Shown here one piece after another: positions 12,655 to 26,887 of a stretch of DNA of 64,000 nucleotides. Under the pieces are notes generated by a model. That model did no database searches and was not told the origin of the DNA. It saw nothing but the letters and a program-made list of their open reading frames with translations. Within the stretch, counting starts at the first letter, position 1. Every line of letters starts with the position of its first letter. Source of the stretch: Octopus vulgaris (lineage: Eukaryota). The translations under genes and the position numbers were made by a program. The stretch spans positions 11,780,001 through 11,844,000 of the forward strand of contig OX597827.1 in NCBI GenBank assembly GCA_951406725.2. The letters run 5' to 3'.

Positions 12655-12856
12655 AAGTGACACAAAAAGGAATCATATTCCAACGGGCTGGATGACCATT
12701 GAGTGTTGATATGCTGAGTCTACACATGATCGTACAGTCATTGGAATGTGATTCCTTTTTGTGTCAATATCTAACCCTGATGAAATGTTCAATTTACAAT
12801 ATTCAAAATGCATCTTTGATTTGAGCATTTGTAATTTGAATTAATTGAACATAGAA
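12567..12856. repeat. Imperfect inverted repeat, ~130-bp arms with a ~27-bp spacer (Penelope-like inverted pLTR)
   Basis: For example TGACACAAAAAGGAATCATATTCCAA versus TTGGAATGTGATTCCTTTTTGTGTCA. Confidence 0.8.
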
Positions 12857-13100
12857 GGTGCTCCAAGAACTGGTCAGCCAAGCAGCGTCCCATTTGACAA
12901 ATGTACAGAGAAGAACAGAACGAAGAGGAGATGCAGTAAATGACATTGCGATTTATATATATATGCATTTATACATATATTATACATATATTTATACATA
13001 TATTATACATATATTATACATATATTATACATGTATTATACATATATTTATACATATATTATATATGTGTGTGAGTGCATATGCATATATGTATGTGACA

Positions 13101-13476
13101 TGGAGGCCCAGTGGTTAGGGCAGTGGACTCGCGGTCATAGGATCGCGGTTTCGATTCCCAGACCGAGCGTTGTGAGTGTTTATTGAGCGAAAACACCTAA
13201 AAGCTCCACGAGGCTCCGGCAGGGGATGGTGGTGATCCCTGCTGTACTCTTTCACCACAACTTTCTCTCACTCTTACTTCCTGTTTCTGTTGTACCTGTA
13301 TTTCAAAGGGCCGGTCTTGTCACTCTCTGTGTCACGCTGAATATCCCAGAGAACTACGTTAAGGGTACACGTGTCTGTGGAGTGCTCAGCCACTTACACG
13401 TTAATTTCACGAGCAGGCTGTTCCGTTGATTCGGATCAACCGGAACCCTCGTCGTCGTAACCGACGGAGTGCTTCC
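13101..13476 (+). mobile_element. SINE family B, full length
   Basis: Matches the reverse complement of 625-1006. Confidence 0.9.
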
Positions 13477-14272
13477 CTCCATGTATGTGAATGAGTGGGT
13501 GTTTGTGTCTTCTTGTCTTGCCATCATGTGCTAGTTGTAAATGATTGCCAATGTCATACATGCAGTGTCATTCATTTCCAGTTACAGTATTCTGTGAAGT
13601 AGGGTGTGTGTGGCAAAGGGGAAATATCAATTTTCATGAAAAAAGGTGAAGGTTGGTGACAGGAAGAGCATCTGCACAGAGAAAATCTGCTTCTATAAAC
13701 CTTTGTCCTAAATATGCAAGCATGGAAAAGTGGGCATAAAACCATGATGATGATGATGTTGATGTTGATGTCTGCAGTGAAACAGTGGAAACTTGGTTTA
13801 CGTAATGTTGTTCATACAAACCAAGTTTATTTCAGGTATTGGTTATTGATTTTAGAAATTTGTTATTAGAGTTAGGTTGTTATTGATTTCAGGAGGTTTT
13901 TAAAAATTAAATTCACAATAATTTCTTCATTTTTCAATAGTGTTATTGATTTGCAATAGCCATTTAACTCAAAGGTTTCGTAAAAGATTTAAGGATTCCT
14001 TAGTAATTATGAAGGATTTAGCATTGATTGCGGTAAATATATTATTAATTTTTGAGAGATGCTTATTGATTTTAGATAGCTTGTTATGAAATTTTGGGAA
14101 AGTGGTAAACAAATTTGAGAATCTAAGAGGCAAACAAGTGCAGACATTGTCTTGTGGTTACGAAATTATTTTTGAGCCATAGAAAACCATGATAAATGAG
14201 ACTGGAGCCTGGCACTGCTTTCCAAACTGTCCAACCATGCCAATATGGACAATAGATGTTAAATGATGATGG

Positions 14273-14310
<38 letters not shown>

Positions 14311-14524
14311 CAGTTCTGTTTTATCTCACTGTGTGGTACTGAGGGCTTCATGCTGGCTAGTATTTTGTGAGTGGATATTTAGATAATAGAAATTCGGAAA
14401 TACTATCTTGCTTGGTAAACAGGTGAAGGTATGGGACAAAGAAGACATCCAGCCTCGGAAAAATCTTCCTCAGCCAATTTCCAATTTCATCTCACCCAGG
14501 CAAGCCTTGGAAAGTGAACATTAA

Positions 14525-14825
14525 ATTGATGCTGCTGATGATGATGATGGTAATGATGATGATGATGGTGGTAATGATGATGATGATGGTAATGATGATG
14601 ATGATGGTAATGATGATGATGATGGTGATGATGATGATGATGATGATGGTAATGATGATGATGATGGTGATGATGATGATGATGATGGTAATGATGATGA
14701 TGATGGTAATGATGATGATGATGGTAATGATGATGATGATGGTGATGATGATGATGGTGGTGAGGATGATGATGATGATGATGATGGTAATGATGATGAT
14801 GATGGTAATGATGATGATGAAGGTA

Positions 14826-14857
<32 letters not shown>

Positions 14858-14882
14858 GATGGTAATGATGATGATGAAGGTA

Positions 14883-14914
<32 letters not shown>

Positions 14915-15023
14915 GACGCTGATGATGATGAGGGTGATGATTATGAGGATGATGATGATGATAACGATGATGATGATGATGATGGTAATGATGATGATGG
15001 TGATGATGATGATGATGATGGTA

Positions 15024-15054
<31 letters not shown>

Positions 15055-15360
15055 CAAAGATGACAATGGCGATGGTGATGCCAATGCTAATGTCAACACT
15101 GATGCTGACACTGACACCAATGCTGGTGCCAACACCAATGTTGATGCTGATGCTGACGCCAACGCCAATGCTGGTGCTGACAACGATGCTGACACTGATG
15201 CCAATGCCGACACTGACGCCTACATTATCACTGATGCCAACACGATGATGAGAGCAATGGCAACTGCAATAACAACGATGAGGAAAATGGCTACAATGAC
15301 GATGATGACGATGCCGTGATGACGACGACCACAATGACAATTTCAATGATGATGACGACA
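14525..15360. repeat. Long degenerate (GAT)n tract with an 18-bp GTA(ATG)5 higher-order unit
   Basis: Directly visible; source of the poly-M and poly-I ORFs. Confidence 0.9.
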
Positions 15361-15865
15361 AGAAGGACTATGTGTACGGTGACATCTCATTGCAAGGCAA
15401 CGGAAACTACTTACGATATCACACTTTTCGATCATGTTGTCTTTGATGAATGCCCACAGATAGTTGCCACATTCAAATTGTTGGAAAATAGCAAAAACCA
15501 AGACAAACATGTAACTCCATGAAGTAAATATTTATCATACATGTGAGAAATTGTCAGTTACACATCAAGCACCTTGGAGCATTACACATGCAACATGTAG
15601 CATCTAACCACATATCAAAACATAGACGTACATGCATACATATATTGTGACATAAGCAAAAAGATTGGTTGGCATATCCTTTGTGAGCAATCACAATGTG
15701 ATTCTTCTGATACATAAATGCTGGGTTCACTCTACTGGATTAGGAATATTTCCAGTTTTGGAAATCCAGAATAAATATAAAGAATAAGGAGGTTAGAAGA
15801 TCTTCAAATTTTTCGTTTAATTTCGATAATCGATCATATAGTATTATTCATTTTTTTTTTTTTTG

Positions 15866-16080
15866 TACTTGTTTCAGTCATTTGACTGCGGCCATGCTGG
15901 AGCACCGCCTTTAGAGTGGTGAAAGAGTACAGCAGGGATCACCACCTCCTGCCGGAGCCTCGTGGAGCTTTTAGGTGTTTTTTCGCTCAATAAACACACA
16001 CAACGCCCGGTCTGGGAATCGAAACCGCGATCCTCCGACCGCAAGTCCGCTGCCCTAACCACTAGGCCATTGCGCCTCCA
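15866..16080 (-). mobile_element. Chimeric SINE: B head joined to A tail
   Basis: B head to ..CTCTTTCACCACT, then directly CTAAAGGCGGTGCTCCAGCATGGCCGCAGTCAAATGACTGAAACAAGT. Confidence 0.8.
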
Positions 16081-16696
16081 CAAAAACTGGGATCTCGCGA
16101 GACGGATTATATATATATATATATATATATATTAATAAATAAAAATAAAAAATAAAAAATATGCATATATATAAACATATATGTACGTAGCTACCTCTAC
16201 ATCTATATATACACGCATATATGAGTACAGGACACCAAAAAGACGTCAAACACAATGAGAAACGAAAAACATAGACACAAACCGAAGGAACTGGACATTT
16301 TTTTAAACAACAAAAAATAGAGTACAGGACAATTAACACAAAGAAAAAACCCTTCTTCAGTCACTATGGTTTCATCTACTCTACGTTTCGAAGGTGATAT
16401 ATATATATATATATATACACAAACACACAGTGCTGAAAGATTCCTGGTGTTAGGTAAAAGAAAATAACACAGGAGAATCAGTTAATTACAATCTGATTTC
16501 ACAAAATTCCCCTCACATATTCACACACTTATTCCAGCAGCCCTCTAAAATAACTCCGAAGCTTGAGCCTCTGACTAGGCCTTTTATGATACCCTTAAAG
16601 CCAAGAACTTTTCAGTACCCACCCACCCTGGTATATAAAGAGAGATGCAAAGTTATATATGCATATGTAGGTATAACAATCATTTATATATATATA

Positions 16697-16810
16697 GGAA
16701 TAGAAATAAAACAAGTCTTTTACGTTTCGAGCCTATGCTCTTCGACAGAAAGATACACAGAAAAGAAACAAGGAGAGAAAAAAAATTGCATGTAGGGGCT
16801 AACGATTCAA
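16697..16810 (-). mobile_element. Family E2 Penelope-like element
   Basis: Homologous to 10455-10645; embedded in (TA)n. Confidence 0.55.
16716..16753 (-). ncRNA. Minimal hammerhead-like motif (core variant CUGUCGA)
   Basis: UCUUU-CUGUCGA-A-GAGC-AUAG-GCUC-GAAAC-GUA^-AAAGA. Confidence 0.5.
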
Positions 16811-17034
16811 CATATATAAAAAATTGAATAAGGTTAGAAATTGATATTAATCAATTAAAACCAGTGGCCTAGCATATTTTTAAAAAATCCGAAGATTGTA
16901 TGTAAATTTTGTAAATATATATATTGCTGCTTTAAATAAAGCATATTACTCTACCACTGGTATTTGAGTACTCTTTTTTCCACCTTGTTTCACATTTATG
17001 TGTTTACTCCGGTATGTTTTTATATATATATGGC

Positions 17035-17347
17035 ATTCCGGCAGTTACAACAACAAGGGTTCCATCTGAGCTGATCAACAGAAGAGCTTGCTCATGAAAT
17101 TAGCGTGCTAGTGGTTGAGTACTCCACAGATACATACAGCCTTAATGTAGTCCTCAGGGAGATTCTGTGTGACACAGAGTGTAACAAGGCTGACCCTTTG
17201 AAATACAGGTACTACTCATTTTTGCCAGCTGAATGGACTGGAGCAAAGTGAAATAAGGTGTCTTGCGCAAAGATACAATGCAGAAATTGAACTCACAATG
17301 TCATGATCGGCAGCTGAATACTCTAATCACCAAGCCATGTGCCTTCA
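17035..17347 (-). mobile_element. Degenerate SINE: CORE-type head with a B-type tail
   Basis: 3' part matches the B tail (ACCCTTTGAAATACAGGTAC on +); 5' part matches the G/CORE head. Confidence 0.65.
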
Positions 17348-17365
17348 CTCTCTCTCTCTCTCTCG

Positions 17366-17416
<51 letters not shown>

Positions 17417-17517
17417 CATACATATACATATATATATATATATATACATACATACATATATATATATATACATACATATACATATATACATACATATATA
17501 CATACATATATACATAC

Positions 17518-17692
17518 ATACATACATATACATATATACATACATATATACATACATATACATATACATCATCATCATCATCATCATCATCATTTAACGT
17601 CCGCTTTCCATGTTAAATGATGATGATGATGATGATGATGATGTATATGTATATGTATGTATATATGTATGTATATATGTATATGTATGTAT
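17518..17692. repeat. Perfect 81-bp-arm palindrome around an RTE 3'-end remnant
   Basis: Arms 17518-17598 and 17612-17692 are exact reverse complements; 13-nt loop GTCCGCTTTCCAT. Confidence 0.85.
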
Positions 17693-17696
17693 ATAT

Positions 17697-17761
<65 letters not shown>

Positions 17762-17860
17762 CATATATATACATACATACATAAATACATACATACATAC
17801 ATAGATATATATATATATACATACATACATATATATATATATACACACATATATATATAC

Positions 17861-17894
<34 letters not shown>

Positions 17895-17901
17895 ACACAT
17901 A

Positions 17902-17961
<60 letters not shown>

Positions 17962-18473
17962 TATAAAAGCATACTTTTTTGTTTGTGTTTGCACCGTTGT
18001 TGTTTTTTTTTCCCTAGATTACATTTCCTATTTCTCATAATCTAAACATTCATAACATTTTGTATCCTGATAGATAAATTGAAACAATAAATATTTACCA
18101 GCATAACAGTTCGTTACAAAAAGCTCACCACTGTCTGATTTTATATGTAAAAATGCTAACTTTTATCCAATACTCATTCAACAGGAAATTATTATCAGTA
18201 GATAAATATTTAATAGAATTTCGCCATAAGTTTATTGAAAAGAAACAACAGCCAGAACACAGAAACAAAACAAACATATTTGTGAACTTTGTGTGAAGTT
18301 TGATACAAACTTTTTCCCTCCCATGAGTTTGCAGAATTCTCGTATGCATATAACGATGGTGTTATTTGGAAAAATAACTGATTTCGATGAAGTGGGAGTT
18401 AGATTTAGTTTTCTTCTAATTCTTTCGTAAAAAATAATGAATGAGACTACAAACTGCTAATTGTGACTTTCTT

Positions 18474-18895
18474 GCTCTTTACTCTTTACTCTTTTACTTG
18501 TTTCAGTCATTTGGACTGCGGCCAAGCTGGAGCACTGCCTTTTTAGTCAAGCAACTCGACCCCGGGACTTATTCTATTTGTAAGCCCAGTACTTATTCTA
18601 TCGGTCTCTTTTTGCCGAACTGCTAAGTGACGGGGACATAAACACACCAGCATCGGTTGTCAAGCAATGCTAGGGGGACAAACACAGACACACAAACATA
18701 TACACAAATATATATATATATACATATATACGACAGGCTTCTTTCAGTTTCTGTCTACCAAATCCACTCACAAGGCATTGGTCGGCCCGGGGCTACAGCA
18801 GAAGACACTTGCCCAAGATGCCACGCAGTGGGACTGAAACCGAACCGGAACCAAGTGGTTGGTTAGCAAGCTACTTACCACACAGCCACTCCTGC
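18474..18895 (-). mobile_element. SINE family A
   Basis: Matches the other A copies. Confidence 0.9.
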
Positions 18896-19621
18896 TATTT
18901 ATTTTTTTTTTTTTTTTCACAACCATATTTCATATCGTCCGTTAATTATTGGCTTATGCATGTGTTGTGTTACGCTGTCATGAAGCACGTGACATTCTGA
19001 ATATTATTCAATGCATGCATTCACTAACACACATATTCAAAAACAATCCCTGTCTAGTTCTCTCTTCCACTTCTCTTTCTGTGTACTCACAAGACATATA
19101 TACGTGTGTGTGTATGTGTGTATATATATATGTGTGTGTGTATGTATATACCATGCAATTTTTTAACAATATATATATACATTTATATATGTGCATACAC
19201 CTACACACAACATACACATATATATATGCATGCATGTATGTATATATGTAAGTATGCATATATGTCACTATACATATATATTTATGAATATGTATGTATT
19301 TACATGTATACTTATATTCATATTATATATGCATATATTATATATATATATATATATGTGCATGTGTCTGTGTGCATGCGTGTGACTGTATATATTTGAG
19401 CTCATACTTAGATATATATAATATATAAAATACATACATACATGTCTATATACATGTAACATGTATGATACACACATACATATTTATATACACATATTTA
19501 TATAAATACACATTTACTTATAATGTATATATACATATATATACAGGTATATATATATATGCTTATATATAATATATATAGATGTATTATATATTACATA
19601 TATAATATTCATATTATATAT

Positions 19622-19658
<37 letters not shown>

Positions 19659-19689
19659 GTATATAAAATATATAACAATCACAAACCAA

Positions 19690-19848
19690 ATAGGGCATCC
19701 AGCTGTAGAAGCACTGCCAGATCAGACTGGAGCCTGGTGCAGCCTCCTGGCTTCCCAGACCACAGTTGAACCGTCCAACCCATGCTAGCATGGAAAACAA
19801 ACATTAAACGATGATGACGATGATGATGATGATGATGATGATGATGAA
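19690..19848 (+). mobile_element. RTE LINE 3' end (5'-truncated) with (GAT)n tail
   Basis: CCAGCTGTAG..AGACTGGAGCCTGGTGCAG..CCCATGCTAGCATGGAAAAC..TTAAACGATGATG; same 3' UTR as the RTE at 56800-58015. Confidence 0.8.
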
Positions 19849-19855
19849 TACAAAC

Positions 19856-19911
<56 letters not shown>

Positions 19912-19948
19912 TATATACATACATTTATATACATTTATATACACACAT

Positions 19949-19986
<38 letters not shown>

Positions 19987-20208
19987 TCAAACTCACACAT
20001 GTTACAAATGTACCAGCAGACATGTACACAGACAGACAGACAGAGTGATAAATGAAAATTATAAAAAGATGGAAATATAGATACATATCTAAATTGCATA
20101 AATAGTTAGACAGTGATATATATAACTAATAATAATAATAATAATATGATATTTATTCAATAACACAACTGAAACCAATATAATGTAAATATTGAAACAA
20201 AAGCTTAC

Positions 20209-20250
20209 CTGTATTGTTAAATAATTCTTCAGTGAGATTTTTCTGTTTTT
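20209..20250 (-). other. Candidate 42-nt phase-1/phase-1 micro-exon of an unidentified host gene
   Basis: TTTTACAG|AAAAACAG...AACAATACAG|GTAAGC; open frame KQKNLTEELFNNT; lies in unique sequence between microsatellites. No partner exon identified. Confidence 0.25.
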
Positions 20251-20745
20251 CTGTAAAATTTATATATTTATCTTAATGTTGAGTCCATCTCTACAGTGCT
20301 GCTGTAAGTGCTGCTGAAAAGCAGAGAGAAAGATAGTGAACTAGTATTGTTTACATGTAGGTAGAAATCAGCAGGTCTCTTTGGTGGAATGTGCACTTAC
20401 ATGCATGTGTCTGTATGTATTTATGTGTCACTGAATTTGTTTGTGCAAGTGTGTGTTGGACATATATATATATATAATTGTGTATGTGTATGTGTGTGTG
20501 TGTGAGTAGGTATAAGTATGTATATATATATATTTATAAAAGCAATAAAGATTCAAGTTAATTTAAATGAATTTACTTGAATATGGTACCTAACTTAGAT
20601 GCACCAAAAAAAACTATACTGATTTAACAATACAGTAATGTGGGGTAATTATAAGCGAGAATGAAGCAACAAGAATGGATATTTATATATATGTGTGTCT
20701 GTATATACATACATATATATATATATATCTATATATCTATATCTA

Positions 20746-20808
<63 letters not shown>

Positions 20809-21239
20809 ATATATGTATATGTATGTATATGTGTGTGTTTGTGAAATTTATGATACAGTTGTGTAGACAGACACAGTGATAGCTTTCAACTCAATAACAG
20901 CAATCAAAAACCAAGTAATGATGTCCTTGTACATTCTTTTAAGCATACATCAGCAGTTTTTATTCCAGTACACTGGAGAACTGATAACAATAATTTAATA
21001 TTAATCGAAATCTATAACAAACAAAAAAAAAAAAAATAAATAAATAAAAATCTCCTACCAACACACACACACAAACGCACACACATACACATGCACAAAC
21101 GCACACATGCATATACTGGAACAACATTTACATATTTATATTTATACACACACACTGCTTGACTACATCCAAATAGACACTAACACAGACAAATACACAC
21201 ATAGAGACTACACTGGCACTGACCTCCAAACACAGGCAG

Positions 21240-21500
21240 TCTCACTCATATACATGCACATGCATATCTGGACATGTGTATAGATATTCTATATATATAC
21301 ATATATATAAGTATACATATATGTATAGTATGTATGTATGTATATATATATGTGTGTGTGTATATATATATATATATACATACACACATATATATATATA
21401 TAGACATAGATATAGATATATACACACATACATATACACATATATATACCAATATATACATACATGCATATATATATGTGTACATATACACATATATGTA

Positions 21501-21531
<31 letters not shown>

Positions 21532-21781
21532 GCATATGCACATATATGTATATGTATATATATAGACATAGTATAGATATATATACACATACATATGTAC
21601 ATATATATATATATATGTATGCATACATACATGCATATATATATGTGTGTGTATATATATATATACATACATACACATGATATCACATACAACAATATCA
21701 AATAACCAATATCAGTAACTATAGTGTTGCACAAACTCAGCTATTCACATACAAGATAATATATGTGTTCATGTGTATAGT

Positions 21782-21815
<34 letters not shown>

Positions 21816-21824
21816 CATACATAT

Positions 21825-21865
<41 letters not shown>

Positions 21866-22011
21866 GACATATCATATACATTTATATATGCATTTAATTA
21901 TATACATGCACACATATTTATATATATATATATATATATATACAGGTATATATATACGTATATACATGTATATATACATGCATGTATATATATATATATA
22001 TATATATGTGT

Positions 22012-22057
<46 letters not shown>

Positions 22058-22075
22058 GTATATACATGTATATAT

Positions 22076-22167
<92 letters not shown>

Positions 22168-22418
22168 TATTGACTGTACAATATAGTACATATGAATATC
22201 CAATAAGAAGAGTTTAGTTTACCCAAAGTAAAGTGGCCATGTATTATAATGAGAGGCATATATTCTAAAAATAGCATTTGGTATAGATTTATCTAAAATC
22301 CTCTACACTAATCAGAGAATATGTCTTGCTCCACAGTTTACACTGAAAAATGACAATTCTCACACCTTCAGCTATATAAAACTGACATATATTCATAAAG
22401 ACATACATTTTATATGCA

Positions 22419-22453
<35 letters not shown>

Positions 22454-22488
22454 TCACACATATGTGTGTGCGTGAGCGTATATGTATG

Positions 22489-22532
<44 letters not shown>

Positions 22533-22587
22533 CATACATACATACATACATACACACATACATATATATATACACACACACATACAC

Positions 22588-22636
<49 letters not shown>

Positions 22637-22700
22637 TATGTATCACTCAGCAGATATATATGGATATAGATATACATGTATATCTATCCATCTATCTATC
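21240..22700. repeat. Extended (TA)/(CA)/(TACA) low-complexity field (similar fields at 26480-26890, 28340-28740, 53110-53760, 55620-55930)
   Basis: Directly visible. Confidence 0.9.
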
Positions 22701-23119
22701 TACCTATCTTTGTAGCTGTATGTCTATAAATATATTTTTTTCTTTTATTTTCTGTATGTATGCATATTTATTATTGTTATATCATTGACAACCCCTTCTG
22801 TGTAGCATCTAAGATGATTATTCACTGCATTTTGTCTTTTATGGACAACCATGTGATTATGTAGTTCTATTGCTGGTAGGAGAAGCCATTACAGATCCAT
22901 TCCATGTCTTACATGAATCAGGGAAAAATAGCCCAACTTCTATGTTCCATTTTTGAGATCATGGTTTTAATGACTGGATGTCCTACTTATCACCATCAGC
23001 TTTGTAGTGTACTGGATGTATTATATTATAGAGCCAGTGTTATAGAAACTTATGTTGCTTGTAAGATTAGAGTACTGAATACGTCTGTTCATTTGCCACC
23101 CATTTCACAGAGTGTGTTT

Positions 23120-24131
<1,012 letters not shown>

Positions 24132-24271
24132 TCAGAGACCCAGCTACTAATCTTATACGTTTGTATCAGATCTTTGTCGTTATATACCTGTCTTCTCAAG
24201 TGATCACAGGTTTTGCTGACACATTCTTGCACGTTTCTTATTGCTCATCAATATCTGCATTCTGATAGGTG

Positions 24272-24593
24272 ACTCTCTTTACTCTTTTTACTCTTTTACT
24301 TGTTTCAGTCATTTGACTGCAGCCATGCTGGAGCACCACCTTTAGTCAAGCAAATCAACCCCGGGACTTATTCTTTGTAAGCCCAGTACTTATTCTATCA
24401 GTCACTTTTGCCAAACTGCTAAGTTATGGGGACATAAACACACCAGTATCGGTTGTCAAGCAATGCTAGGGGGACAAACACATACACACATATATATATA
24501 TATATACATATATACGACAAGCTTCTTTCAGTTTCCGTCTACCAAATCCACTCACAAAGCATTGAGTGGCCCGGGGCTATAGCAGAAGACACT
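24272..24593 (-). mobile_element. SINE family A, 5'-truncated
   Basis: Matches the other A copies. Confidence 0.85.
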
Positions 24594-24667
24594 TATATTT
24601 ATGTAATATATATATATATGTATGTATATATGTTGTTTAACGTCCGTTTTCCGTGCTAGCATGGGTT

Positions 24668-24742
<75 letters not shown>

Positions 24743-25023
24743 TATACACACACACACACCTAAATGACATAAGTGTATATATGGGCATTCGTGTGTGTGT
24801 AAAAGAGGGAGGGAGAGAGAGAGAGAGAGAGAGAAAGACAGACAGACAGAGATTTCCTTTGAAAATTTTTTAAAATTTGCAATTTATATAGTGTCAATTA
24901 TAAATTGCCAGTAACAGAAAATTATCATTATCTCAGTGATTCCTCCTCCTCCAACACACCAACACCGGTTGTCAAGTAGTGATGGGGGACAAACACAGAC
25001 ACAAAGACACATACACCCCCCTC

Positions 25024-25069
<46 letters not shown>

Positions 25070-25075
<6 letters not shown>

Positions 25076-25394
25076 TAAATTAGAGACAAAAGAAAGACTT
25101 AAGCCAATACATAGTTCATGGTTCATGGTTTAAAACTCGCCAAGAAGGTTTTGAAACCACCTGAAGAATGTCTCAAGGATGTGCTGACATGAAACGATCA
25201 AGTGGTTATTTATAATTGTTAAATTTTAATTTATATAAATTATTTTATGTATTGGCTTAAGTCTTTCTTTGTTTGATTTGCATAATAGTGGTTTTGTCTC
25301 AAATTTAATATAATATAATATTTTACTATAAAATTGGATTCAATCATAAATCTGATTTTTCCCTGTAAATTTGGATTTATTCCCTAATATTTAT

Positions 25395-25400
<6 letters not shown>
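25070..25400 (+). mobile_element. Penelope-like fragment with inverted repeats and a degenerate hammerhead (25155-25207), nested in a SINE-A microsatellite
   Basis: AACCAC-CTGAAGA-ATGTC-(13 nt)-GACAT-GAAAC-GATC-AA-GTGGTT; inverted repeat AAGAAAGACTTAAGCCAATACATA (~25090-25113) / TATGTATTGGCTTAAGTCTTTCTT (25247-25270). Confidence 0.6.
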
Positions 25401-25455
<55 letters not shown>

Positions 25456-26301
25456 AACGATGATGGTGATGATTCGATGGCCTTCTTTCAGTTTCTGTCT
25501 ACCAAATCCACTCAGAAGACTTTGGTCAGTCTGAGGCTATAGTAGAAGACACTTGTCCAAGATGCCATGCAGTGGGACTGAACTCAGAACCACAAGGTTG
25601 GGAAGCAAGCTTCTTACCACACAGCCACACCTCGGCCTGATACTGATTCTGCCTGCTCTCTACCTTAATAACAACAACAGTAATATTAGCAAGTACAACA
25701 ATAACAGCAGCATCAATGAGAATACTGCTATGTAGTCACATGAACTGTTGTTAGAAATAAGAGTCAAACCTCCCTCAGATCACACCCTATTGACTTGAGG
25801 AACAAAATAGAAAAAAGAGAAAATATAGAAGGACATTTAGGATAATACAGTTCAGATCAACAATGTCTGAGTAATAAAAGCTGTGGTGGTCATGGTTGGA
25901 ATTCTTTTGATCATAGACTGGCTGTCTGCTCGATCAAGGCATTTGATGGGATCTAAACAATACTATCAACAGCAAAAACTACCACAACAACAGCATAAAG
26001 AACAACAACAACAACAACAACAACACCAAGAGCAACAATAAGCATAAAAATAGGAACACCAACAGCAACAACAAAAATAACAACACAAGCAATAACTGTG
26101 AAATCAAGTTTAATATACAGCTGTGTTTGCACGTTCTCTAAATATGATTGATCTGTTTTGAAGCAAAATAAGATTTCATTGATTAAAAAAAAACAAAAAA
26201 ATCCTAAGTCTTGGAAAAATTTTTCACATTTTCATTTCTTTCTTTCAACAATATTTTGGTTTGTTCCTGCTTTTTTTTTCTTTCTTTCTTTCTTTCTTAA
26301 A

Positions 26302-26332
<31 letters not shown>

Positions 26333-26801
26333 GCTGTAATGCAATAATACTTATTTTAATGCAATAATACTTATTTTCTCATTGGTTCAAACAGCCCTTT
26401 GTGAGATAAGAAATTAAACAGACTTATGCATGATAAAAGAACTATATGTATGTGTGTGCACTTGTGAGAGTATGGGTTTGTATGTACACAAATATATATG
26501 CATATATATATATATATACATATATATATACATATATATATATATACATATATATGCATATATATATATATACACATACATATATATTCATATATATATA
26601 TATATATATATACGTATATATATATATATATATATACATATATACACACATACATAAATACATATATATATACATATATACACACATACATATATACATA
26701 TATATATAGATATACATATATACATACATATATATATATATACATATATATATACATATATATATATACATATACATATACATATATACATACATATATA
26801 C

Positions 26802-26887
<86 letters not shown>

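Noticed and set aside
17263-22788. Many overlapping [10 protein letters not shown] ORFs, also at 26371-28787 and 53013-56052
   Set aside because: (TA)n/(CA)n tracts lack stop codons in several frames; not coding.
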